64,000 bases of DNA from Pedobacter sp. (GTDB lineage Bacteria > Desulfobacterota > Desulfuromonadia > Desulfuromonadales > Syntrophotaleaceae), in assembly GCA_050253415.1 (NCBI GenBank), contig JBFWJC010000004.1:32001-96000 (forward strand), written 5' to 3'. Under the pieces are notes generated by a model. That model searched no databases. It had not been told where the DNA came from and saw only the letters and a list, made by a program, of their open reading frames with translations. Positions within the stretch are counted from its first letter, which is position 1. Each line of letters opens with the position of its first letter. Positions 38,750 to 47,562 of this stretch are shown piece after piece. The translations under genes and the position numbers were made by a program.

Positions 38750-41700
38750 TCAAAAGACCTCTCGCCATTGACGTAATCGAGTATAGGGCAATCCCCCCGT
38801 TTTAGTTTCGTTGTTATGCTTACCTGAACCAAGAGATGTCAATCCGTTCGCGGTTTTGAAATACAGATGTTCATCATAGACCAATGGGGTAGTGATAATA
38901 TCCCCCACCTCAACACCATGCGTTCCGGAGGCATCGTTGAGCAACGACGAACCGGAATAGCTAAAAGCGTAAATGCGCCCTTCATTTGGCCCGGCACAAG
39001 GGTCTTCCGTATCGGATGTCGCGGTGCCAAAGTAAATACTGCCCGCCGCAGCATAGGCCGAGGCAAAGACACGATGACCGGCCGGCAGAGTTTCAAACCA
39101 TGACAATTCAATGTTGTCGACAGAGGTAGAGCCCTTCTCTGCGTGATCCGTATAGGCAAAGAAGTGGTAGTTGGTATTGTCCGTATCTATATCCTCGTCT
39201 GCATAAGGGCTATCGCCGGTACCGAAGAAAATACGGACATTATATTCGAGTTCTCCACTACTGGTAAGACTGTTATCCACCACAACTGTCGGCGATGCGT
39301 AAATCGAATGGTACCGCTGAGCCGTCGGGACAGTAATCGTGGTCGAAACACCATCGGCATCCACCTGTTCATAGTCAAAGTCCGTGTTAATAACGCACTT
39401 ACTGATCGGATAAGCAAAACTGTCTGGTCGATCAGGGATATTCACCTTATATAAATACCCCTTGTCTGTACCAACATACAGACGATCGATATAACCGTTA
39501 TGATCAGTGTCGACTATGGCTGGCTGTCCCGAAGGAACGCCTCCCTTGCCCGCAGGCAAGCTATCAAGATAAATCCGCTCGATGACCTGACCGTTGGCGA
39601 TATCCACAACATAGACCGATGGATAGAGATTGGCATCAATTGTTTGACCACTTACAAAAAATGCGACCCATTTGGACTGTCCACCGACCCTGATTTGCCC
39701 CAAGATGGCAACCGCCGGTGAGGACCGGCTGCGAAACAGGTCCGGGTCCGCAAACTCCCATAAAAATGTGGGGTTATCGGGATTTGTGATATCCAATGCA
39801 AAGACCGAGTCTCCGCCGTTGCCTTCGGCGCAAAGAACTACGGTCTTCCACTCACCACCAATATAGACATCGGACACGGACGGTGAGGCATCGACAAATG
39901 CGCGGTCCTCGCCCTGAAGAAGATTGTTTTTCAACCTGGGCAGCAGGTTGGCCGGTATAAACGCCCACAACTCCTTACCATCACCATAATCGGGAGCCCG
40001 GTCCCTGTCTCCGTGGGTTTGCCAGGTAAAAAAGGGCGCTGAAGTTTCCGGGTTAGTATCCCCGTAATCAGAAAGGAAGGCTGCCCACCAATCCATAACA
40101 TCGGTGCTCGGGTCCCAGAGAAAATACCCGCGATTCTCCTTTTCTGCTGTCTGCACATTGTCTCCCCAGCGAAACTGACCGGCATTAAAAGCATGCAGCA
40201 TGCCACTGCGCGACCCGACCAGAACGATGGTGTCACGCTCGGCCTGCGCCGTAACAAAAGCATCGTAACTTTCACGCTGTGGCGACTCGGTGAAGTCGCT
40301 ACCGTAGTACCAGGCAGGCCTAGCCGGTGGGGTAACCACCGCCGGCACCGAGTGATCCACCGGGTCGAGAATCCACTGTTTGGGGGTGGATACACCATCG
40401 GCGTAGCCCCGCACCCAATTCACCAGATAGTCGCCATCTGCTTCAGTGTAGGCATTATCCTTGTTGAAATCGTAACGATAACCGGAACCATGGACAAAAG
40501 TGTTATCAAGACCCAGCATTGCATTGTCGACGCCAGCGGAGGTAAAGGATTGCAGAACAGAGGATGTCGCATACCATACATAGGAAGCATTAACCGGCAT
40601 CCCGCTCGTCAACACCTCATTGGGAGTAATCTTCCATTCGCCGGTGAAACGATTGATCGTTCCGCTGCCACCCAGACTGCCAACGAGAACATCGGTATGC
40701 TTGTCGGTAAAGGTTTCGGTCCCGGCGGTAATAACTACGCTTTCCCCCACTACCGGATGATGCGCCAACGTTCCACTAAAACCTGCTGTCACACCATCAC
40801 CGGTGGCAAGTTCCTCCCCGGAAACGGCCGTGAGACTTATGTTCGGATAAACAACCCTGCGGCTACTCGGTGCACTTTCTGCCAGCACTTCACCTGCGTC
40901 CCATAATTCCACGTTATCAGTGGTTGATGTATTTAACGGATCGTAGGTACGCATGGCCCGCAGATGCCCACGCAAAGCGCTTGTATCCCAATCGATGGCG
41001 GGCGTCTCATAGCTTCCGGAATACAACACATTGGCCTGCGCCACGGGAGACGCACGGGATATATCGGCGTGGGTAGACACGGCACCGGTCAGGTTAACAT
41101 CTAAAATTTCGGGGACACAGGTTTCTTCTTCGCTGGTGAGAACCGCTTTCCAGATTAGTTGGCGTCCCGAAAACCCAAGGCCAGCGAAGTCGATGCGCCG
41201 CGTCCGGTAGGTATAGGACGGGGTACCGGGGGACCAGCCTTCGACAGTAGCGCCAAGCGTTTTATCGCCATCCGCATCAAGGGTGTATTCGCGCACCGCA
41301 TCCCATGCGGTCACTTCAACCCAGTTATCACCATTATCAATCGAGACATAGTAGTCTATGTCGGTCTGGCCAGCGCACGGCATATTGTCCCAGACTTCAA
41401 TCTCAACCGCTGTATAAAAAGCCTCGGTATCAGTCGGTTCAATAGCCTGACTGGATTCCAACTGCGCCACCCCACCGGTACGGCGCTCGATTTGAAAAAC
41501 CATATCGTTGAAATCGGTGTCTCCTCCCCCCCAAAGATCCTCCCAGCCCAGTATCCATTCGTTAGGTTTATCTCCGGGTGTGCCAACGATAACGTGCGGA
41601 TATTGTTCACCATCGACAAGAGTCATGGTCTGGGTATCGTCTAAGGCGAACTGCAAATCGAATAAATCGTCCGCCCTGGTAATAGCGGCGGATTCCAGCC

Positions 41701-42916
41701 AGCCGGTTTGACTACATGTATCCGTAGAGGTATTACGGCGGACGCCAAGTTTAAAAGTTTTGGTAATGGTTTGACCGGGGGTACTGGTGCAGTCCCCGGT
41801 ATAGGTATCGGGATTCCAGGATTCCTTGGTAAAGTAGGTCGGCTTGCGCCAGTCATCGTCGACCTTGAGATAAAAAACCAATTCGCTGCCTGCGGCAAAG
41901 GTTCCCAGCACCTCTCGACTATCCAGGGCATCGACCGTACCATCACCATTGGTATCGTCGCCTTCTCGACCTTTGAGGACACCGTCACCACCTACGTCTT
42001 CAACATTGTCATAGATCGGGTGACGCTCGCCGTCAACGCCATCACTGGCCAGCATCCAGCCAAAATCACTGAGGGTGTAACCTGCACCCTCTTGAAGGAA
42101 GGTTACTGCAACCTCCTGCTCAAAGGGGATGATGATATTGTTGGGATCTATGGCATCGTCGCCAGTCTCCAGCTGCAAATAACCCTCATCAGTAACCGAA
42201 ACATTATTCATGGCAAAGTTGTCTGCGTTAAAACCACCGGCGTAGTTTGTCGATATACTGGTACCGCAACCGGGGACGGTGGTTTCTGTCGAAAGAGTAA
42301 AGCTGACTTCAAAACTGTCACTCTCCGTCAGTGTGATGGCAAAACTCTCTTCAGAGCCACTATGCCCCCCCGACCACTCGCCGAATTCCGACCCCAGAGT
42401 GGGATTGGCATTAAAAGTGATTCGTTCACCTGCCGCGAAAAGACAATTGCCATTGCTTGCCAGTTTGCAACTGTGGCCCAAAGATCCACTCATAGAGACG
42501 CTTCCGCTCCCCTCCCCAGAGAAGGTCAGGCTCACAACAACCTCTGCAGCGGGATCTCCAGCCCCATCACTTGTAAAACTGGCCGTTACTGCCCGGGCTG
42601 CATTACCCATGGAAAAAGTAACGACGGAATTACTGGCGGTGACATCTCCAGTCCAAGCACTAAAAGAGCTTACCCCGCCAGAGGTCGCTGTTAAAGTAAC
42701 AGAGGCATCGTTTGCTACCTGATAGCTGGTGTCAGAAAAAATAGTTTCGTCAACAGTGCCTACCTGCACCCTGACCGAACCGTCAGAGTTACCATCAAAA
42801 ACGATATCCAGACCTTTATCGGCCCAGGCCTCTGCGTCACACAGCAAGCCATGCCCTACCATCAACAACGACAGACACATGACCATGCGCATGATGAATT
42901 TTTTGCGTGTATTCAT
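38750..42916 (-). CDS. pilY1: PilY1-type tip adhesin with DUF4114-like domain (cassette 2)
   Basis: ATG at 42916 after GGGGGAG; signal peptide; two InlB-B-like beta repeats (FSAWTGD, FGEWSGG); WEDLWGGGDTDFNDMVF; C-terminal propeller motifs (GMLHAF, ELWAFIP, FVDASP, ALDITNP, DTDHNGYIDRLYVG); follows pilX. Confidence 0.85.
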   Translation of the reverse strand: MNTRKKFIMRMVMCLSLLMVGHGLLCDAEAWADKGLDIVFDGNSDGSVRVQVGTVDETIFSDTSYQVANDASVTLTATSGGVSSFSAWTGDVTASNSVVTFSMGNAARAVTASFTSDGAGDPAAEVVVSLTFSGEGSGSVSMSGSLGHSCKLASNGNCLFAAGERITFNANPTLGSEFGEWSGGHSGSEESFAITLTESDSFEVSFTLSTETTVPGCGTSISTNYAGGFNADNFAMNNVSVTDEGYLQLETGDDAIDPNNIIIPFEQEVAVTFLQEGAGYTLSDFGWMLASDGVDGERHPIYDNVEDVGGDGVLKGREGDDTNGDGTVDALDSREVLGTFAAGSELVFYLKVDDDWRKPTYFTKESWNPDTYTGDCTSTPGQTITKTFKLGVRRNTSTDTCSQTGWLESAAITRADDLFDLQFALDDTQTMTLVDGEQYPHVIVGTPGDKPNEWILGWEDLWGGGDTDFNDMVFQIERRTGGVAQLESSQAIEPTDTEAFYTAVEIEVWDNMPCAGQTDIDYYVSIDNGDNWVEVTAWDAVREYTLDADGDKTLGATVEGWSPGTPSYTYRTRRIDFAGLGFSGRQLIWKAVLTSEEETCVPEILDVNLTGAVSTHADISRASPVAQANVLYSGSYETPAIDWDTSALRGHLRAMRTYDPLNTSTTDNVELWDAGEVLAESAPSSRRVVYPNISLTAVSGEELATGDGVTAGFSGTLAHHPVVGESVVITAGTETFTDKHTDVLVGSLGGSGTINRFTGEWKITPNEVLTSGMPVNASYVWYATSSVLQSFTSAGVDNAMLGLDNTFVHGSGYRYDFNKDNAYTEADGDYLVNWVRGYADGVSTPKQWILDPVDHSVPAVVTPPARPAWYYGSDFTESPQRESYDAFVTAQAERDTIVLVGSRSGMLHAFNAGQFRWGDNVQTAEKENRGYFLWDPSTDVMDWWAAFLSDYGDTNPETSAPFFTWQTHGDRDRAPDYGDGKELWAFIPANLLPRLKNNLLQGEDRAFVDASPSVSDVYIGGEWKTVVLCAEGNGGDSVFALDITNPDNPTFLWEFADPDLFRSRSSPAVAILGQIRVGGQSKWVAFFVSGQTIDANLYPSVYVVDIANGQVIERIYLDSLPAGKGGVPSGQPAIVDTDHNGYIDRLYVGTDKGYLYKVNIPDRPDSFAYPISKCVINTDFDYEQVDADGVSTTITVPTAQRYHSIYASPTVVVDNSLTSSGELEYNVRIFFGTGDSPYADEDIDTDNTNYHFFAYTDHAEKGSTSVDNIELSWFETLPAGHRVFASAYAAAGSIYFGTATSDTEDPCAGPNEGRIYAFSYSGSSLLNDASGTHGVEVGDIITTPLVYDEHLYFKTANGLTSLGSGKHNNETKTGGLPYTRLRQWREVF

Positions 42917-42938
42917 AACTACTCCCCCGGGTAGGACT

Positions 42939-43571
42939 CTAATTGCTCTGCAAACTGAAATCGGTAATGGCATTGGCATCGTTGGAATTGTGATTTTTCC
43001 CGGTACCACCGTCACCCTGCTCGTATCCGCCAATCGGTTGTCCACCTGCAGCACCTCCGAACAGGCTGATTTCGACACTGGAAGCACCACCGTTGGCACT
43101 GCGTGCATCGGCACGCATGAAGATTACGGAATCGGTATCATCAATGGCACCGCCACCATCATTGTTATTCCAAACGGTGACGGTGTACAGGTAATCGGAA
43201 CCCAAGTCGCCATCAATAATCCATTGGGCACCACCTGCATAAGTAGTGTCCGTTGCCGCTGCTATACCAGGCTGGGACCCATTGAGGACGAAATCCCAGT
43301 CCGGGGGCTGCACCGCTGCAAAGTTTGCCTGATTTTTTTCGATAAAAAGGGTTTTAAAATTTCGCCGCAAATGCTCTATCCCCGCCTCGGCCACGTAAAA
43401 GGCCTCCGCATGTCTGCGCTCCGAGGATGAAATCATGGTTTCCAGCATGGACGTATTGGTGGCCGCTAGACCGATCAGGGTCAACAAGGTGAGGATGACC
43501 AGAGCGGTAATCAAAGCGGCACCCCGTTCGCGATTCCGGGTAATGTTTGCCATGTGTTTGTCCCTATTCAT
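42939..43571 (-). CDS. pilX: Minor pilin PilX (cassette 2)
   Basis: RERG|AALITALVILTLLTLIG with no Glu5, and AFYVAEAGIE; start uncertain (43583, 43571 or 43553). Confidence 0.85.
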   Translation of the reverse strand: MNRDKHMANITRNRERGAALITALVILTLLTLIGLAATNTSMLETMISSSERRHAEAFYVAEAGIEHLRRNFKTLFIEKNQANFAAVQPPDWDFVLNGSQPGIAAATDTTYAGGAQWIIDGDLGSDYLYTVTVWNNNDGGGAIDDTDSVIFMRADARSANGGASSVEISLFGGAAGGQPIGGYEQGDGGTGKNHNSNDANAITDFSLQSN

Positions 43572-43579
43572 ATGACTCC

Positions 43580-44683
43580 TCATAGCCCGAGATTTCTCAC
43601 TTTGATGGTTACAGTAAGTTGACGGCGCCTGAAGCTGTCGACAACCCCGGCCAGATGGTCTTCCATTGCGGGTCTCTGCCCGGTGAAATTGGGCTGGGCA
43701 TGAGCTGAACGTGCCAGCAGGTTGATCCGCACCATCCTTACCTGAGATTTTTGCAGGTCGGTAAGGTCGGCATCGTTTACCGTTGCATCAACAAGACCGT
43801 CATCATTGGTGTCCAACTCAAAAGCAAGTTGAAGATCCTCGATATACTCAGCGATCACCTGGGATCCGCTGCCGGTATCCCGGATTAGGCATGGGACACC
43901 ATTTTGATTTTGGATAGAGTAAAGAGCGTTGTAGATTCCTGCAGGATTAAAGAAATTGATGATGCTTCCGGAGGGAAAAGTATTCAGCAGTTTGTTTTCA
44001 TAGGTGACCCCTTGGTATGTAACGTTGGGACCATTACCGATTCTATCGAATCCGGGCAAGGGCAAGGTGCTGGTCAGGAACAAAACTGCTGACTGGGAAC
44101 CATCAGCGGCAGTGACGATAAACGGCATATTTGGGGTCGGCTGCGTATAGCTTGTCCCGTTACAAAAACAGCCGGAATCCCAACCGCCAGCCGTGACATC
44201 CTCATTGACATCCGCTACCGTAGCGGTAGTGGGCATATTTGCAGCCAGTGTCAATTGAGACAACGTATCGCAGGAAGCGAGCGAACCGGCCGGATCGGTG
44301 CCACATCCGTTAACAGAGAAATCCTGATAACGGACCCTGAGTATATCCGTGCCTTCAACAATATTCGGGATCGTGGCTGCAACACCCGAAGTACCGTCAA
44401 CATTGTTTTCAAACTCAAGAGGGTAGACAGCAACACCACCAAAGCTGAAATTTGGAATACCTGCGCCGGCCATGCGGATATCCCGCTCGATAAACAACTT
44501 GGCGGTTCGTACGTTTTGTTGTACTTCCGCCACGCCTTCCTGCATCACATACGAACGTTGGCTGTTATTAAACAATTCGAGAGTAGTCAAAAGAACCACT
44601 AGTGAAATTGCCATGGCCACAACCAATTCAACCAAGGTGAACCCTGCCCGGGATAAAGTCCTGTCTGCATGAATCATCATCAA
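43580..44683 (-). CDS. pilW: Minor pilin PilW (cassette 2)
   Basis: AG|FTLVELVVAMAIS, QQNVR...DIRMAG, IAEYIEDLQ and VRINLLARS motifs. Confidence 0.88.
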   Translation of the reverse strand: MMMIHADRTLSRAGFTLVELVVAMAISLVVLLTTLELFNNSQRSYVMQEGVAEVQQNVRTAKLFIERDIRMAGAGIPNFSFGGVAVYPLEFENNVDGTSGVAATIPNIVEGTDILRVRYQDFSVNGCGTDPAGSLASCDTLSQLTLAANMPTTATVADVNEDVTAGGWDSGCFCNGTSYTQPTPNMPFIVTAADGSQSAVLFLTSTLPLPGFDRIGNGPNVTYQGVTYENKLLNTFPSGSIINFFNPAGIYNALYSIQNQNGVPCLIRDTGSGSQVIAEYIEDLQLAFELDTNDDGLVDATVNDADLTDLQKSQVRMVRINLLARSAHAQPNFTGQRPAMEDHLAGVVDSFRRRQLTVTIKVRNLGL

Positions 44684-45057
44684 CCCTCATCCGAGATAAT
44701 GGTGCGCAACACAACGCGATGCTGTGTGGATAGCGACCAGGAGACGGTCACCGTGACACGCTTAAGTTCATTGGAGGGTACATTATCCTCAATCTGAATG
44801 GTGCGACTGAAAATCGACCCGTCTACATTGTCTTCCGTTTCGGGAAAATTGGTGGGGGTCACAAGGTCATAATCAGTCATCCGCACACGCTCGATAACAT
44901 CCTCGGCCAGAACAGTTGCCTGAGAGACCGTACTGCCATGGAGGTTGCCATTGATAGCGGTCGCCTGCAGCCCTGCAACCCCGAGTAGACCGACAGACAG
45001 GATAACGACTGCAAGGAGTACTTCCAGCAGTGAAAACCCTCTATTGTTCAAGAACAT
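44680..45057 (-). CDS. pilV: Minor pilin PilV (cassette 2)
   Basis: RG|FSLLEVLLAVVILSVGLLGVAGLQ; ATG at 45057 after AAGGAG. Confidence 0.88.
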   Translation of the reverse strand: MFLNNRGFSLLEVLLAVVILSVGLLGVAGLQATAINGNLHGSTVSQATVLAEDVIERVRMTDYDLVTPTNFPETEDNVDGSIFSRTIQIEDNVPSNELKRVTVTVSWSLSTQHRVVLRTIISDEG

Positions 45058-45068
45058 ATGCGTCTCCT

Positions 45069-45620
45069 TCAATTCGACCAAGTCCCACTTAAGTTTGTCC
45101 AGATCTTTACCAGCCCGGTGGTGGACTGCGCGCCCACCGCCATGGTTGCCCCATCAGGGACCGTCACGTAAACACTCCCCATTTGACTTGTACCGTTTGG
45201 ATTGAAAACCACTCTATTTGAGGTAAAACTCACGCCACTCGCTGGAAGACTGGTAGCTCCCGGCCGCATGCCACGCTGGCTGCCGTAAGAAACCAACGTA
45301 GAAAGCTGAACGGTACGAAACACGGTTTCGTTGCCATCGTCCCAGCTTTCGGAACCGGCAGCTTCCCCGGAATCACTATAAAGAAGGTAACGGCGGTTTG
45401 CCGTATCGAACGAGACGGCCCATGGCCTGGAATCTCGAATGGCACCGACACGAGCCAGATTGAAATTGCTGGCCAGGTCACGCGCATCGCTTTTAAGCTG
45501 AGCTTTAGCTCCTCGATTCCCCATGTAATAGTAAGCGGTACCAAGCATAATTATCGTCAAAGACAGAACAATAAGCACCTCCAACAAGGTGAACCCTTTA
45601 TTGCCCAAACAACATCTCAT
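45069..45620 (-). CDS. fimU: FimT/FimU-like minor pilin (cassette 2)
   Basis: KG|FTLLEVL, ARDLASNFNLARVGAI and VVFNPNG; ATG at 45620 after GAGGAG. Confidence 0.82.
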   Translation of the reverse strand: MRCCLGNKGFTLLEVLIVLSLTIIMLGTAYYYMGNRGAKAQLKSDARDLASNFNLARVGAIRDSRPWAVSFDTANRRYLLYSDSGEAAGSESWDDGNETVFRTVQLSTLVSYGSQRGMRPGATSLPASGVSFTSNRVVFNPNGTSQMGSVYVTVPDGATMAVGAQSTTGLVKIWTNLSGTWSN

Positions 45621-45821
45621 CAATTTTCTCCTCTGAGGCACTTCCATTTCACCCAATTCCTTATTTTCCGTATATCGATTAAATAGCAACTTGCTGCTGG
45701 AAAGGTACGTCGGCAAACAGTTCCACCAAAAGTGAGGCTCAACACAGGAGACAAAGCCGGAGCTACAAACGCCATGACACCTTTCCATCCCGAACGAATG
45801 ATTAAGATATAATTAACGTTT

Positions 45822-45837
45822 TGCAATTCGTGAGCCA
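45822..45837 (-). promoter_or_regulatory. Sigma54 promoter of minor-pilin cassette 2
   Basis: Minus strand TGGCTCACGAATTGCA (GG-N10-GC) about 200 nt upstream of fimU. Confidence 0.7.
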
Positions 45838-46475
45838 ATTTCAATCAGGTAGAAAAACATCGAAAACAAGGCTTTTAGTTTCAGAGGACAACGACGGATC
45901 ACGCAAAATATGCGCACCATGTACGCAAATATTTACCGATCCATGCAAACAAGACCTAAATCATTGTCTCTTGCACATATGGGAGTTTTTAGTACCAATC
46001 ACCTTGCTTGACGGAAGAGGCTGGATCATTTGCCACAGGATCCAGGGATTCGGATACGCATTTTAAAAGCAGCATCTTTCGGCACGTAGAATAGCTTCAG
46101 TTATTATTGCTCTGAATGACAGGAAGGATGCTATCCACGCGTAAATTGAACGATACGGCTCAAGTGAAAATACGTTGAACGGCAAATGTTTGGAAGTTCA
46201 AGAGTCCCCAAGGGTAGATGGCAGGAGGAAAACATGTTTGCTAAGTTGTCACCCACCAAAACCGGAACGTATCAGTAGAGTTGGAGAGACATATTAAGGA
46301 AATTGAATTTAGATATTTTCTTAGCGGGTAGAAGTTGCAAACGATAGAGAATTGGGAATCCGGTGAAAAAATCCGAGAGACAATGCAATCGAAAATATCG
46401 ACATTGCCCCCCATCAAAAAAGCCAGTACCCCGAAGTCCAGAGGTAGTAAACATATTTAAAACAGACTTAAAACA

Positions 46476-46907
46476 TCACATGTGTGCCAACCCGGTGGCC
46501 GTTGAATCCACCATCACCACAAGATCCGACTCCTCATTTACCCGGATGAATATCGTTTGGCTGGAAGACCCCTGGGGGCGAAAAGTAATGGAAAATCCGC
46601 CAGTATCGGACCACGCATCGGCTGCCAGTGTTTTTGATTCAATTTTTACGCTGTTTGCAAATGAAAAGACTTCCCCATCCAAAGAATAAGTCCTTGCATC
46701 CAGATCGATAGTGACCGTTTTACTAAGATTATCATGCACAGCCATGCTACGCGCACGGCGCAAGGTAGACAACATATCCCGTGCAGCCTCTTTCTGCTGA
46801 ACATTTTTCCGCCAGGTGCTGGTTGCCGGAAACGACAGAGCAACAAGAATCGACAATATCGCAACCGTCATAAGCAATTCAATCAAAGTGAATCCATTGC
46901 TATTCAT
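46476..46907 (-). CDS. fimU: FimT/FimU-like minor pilin (cassette 1)
   Basis: NG|FTLIELLM, ARDMLSTLRRARSMAV and ITFRPQG motifs. Confidence 0.82.
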   Translation of the reverse strand: MNSNGFTLIELLMTVAILSILVALSFPATSTWRKNVQQKEAARDMLSTLRRARSMAVHDNLSKTVTIDLDARTYSLDGEVFSFANSVKIESKTLAADAWSDTGGFSITFRPQGSSSQTIFIRVNEESDLVVMVDSTATGLAHM

Positions 46908-47562
46908 GCACTTCGTCCTTACTTTTCACATAGGAAAGATTCAATTCAAATTCCTGACTGGCCCAGCCACCGTAGGGGTCTTCTACGCGTACAGTAACCG
47001 GAAATACGCCTTTGGTTCCCGGTTCAACTTGCCAGACCAACGTGCCGCTATCAGCATCCAGTTGCATACCTTCCGGAGCTGTGATCAGGGATATGAGCAG
47101 ATCATCCTCATCCGCATCCACGGTTTCTAGCCGGTACTCAAACACCCCCTGGACCAACTGTTCTGGAGGCGTGGAAACGATTTCCGGCGGGGCGTTATGC
47201 GCCTCAATTGCGCCACTTTGAACCGGCCCTCCACGTCGTCCCCCCTGCACGGCGGTGACTTCTACAGCAACCATATCCCCGCGCTGGAAATACTCGCCTG
47301 ACAAGGAAGTCGCATTCACCCCTTCGACTTCTTCATTATCGACAAACCACCTGCAATCATATCGAACGTTTTTGTCGGATCCATGCAGCAACCGGGGGAC
47401 CACTTCGACCCCGCTGCCAACATGAAAGGCAGCGGGTTTATAGGTAAGGTCATAAATCTGCGGACCCTTATCAGCAGCATGCGTGCCCTCCGGGTAACCA
47501 CAGAGCAGCGCTAAACTGATTAGAAACATGCCTCCGATGTCTTTCACTGCAAATCGTTTCAT
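46900..47562 (-). CDS. Secreted Ig/cadherin-like domain protein in cassette 1
   Basis: Signal peptide; NAPPEIVS...DADEDDL...APEGMQLD...GTLVW...VRVEDPYGG (He_PIG/cadherin-like); TAATG coupling to the pilY1 stop. Confidence 0.7.
   Translation of the reverse strand: MKRFAVKDIGGMFLISLALLCGYPEGTHAADKGPQIYDLTYKPAAFHVGSGVEVVPRLLHGSDKNVRYDCRWFVDNEEVEGVNATSLSGEYFQRGDMVAVEVTAVQGGRRGGPVQSGAIEAHNAPPEIVSTPPEQLVQGVFEYRLETVDADEDDLLISLITAPEGMQLDADSGTLVWQVEPGTKGVFPVTVRVEDPYGGWASQEFELNLSYVKSKDEVHE

Noticed and set aside
42917..43114. N-terminal extensions in the ORF track (also 51183-51323, 45621-45788, 6914-7027, 8040-8099, 33738-33773)
   Set aside because: They mostly overlap upstream genes; downstream starts with an RBS, coupling or signal peptide fit better.
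41708..43430. Long plus-strand ORFs (328, 147 and 233 aa)
   Set aside because: Antisense to pilY1/pilX; explained by codon bias.
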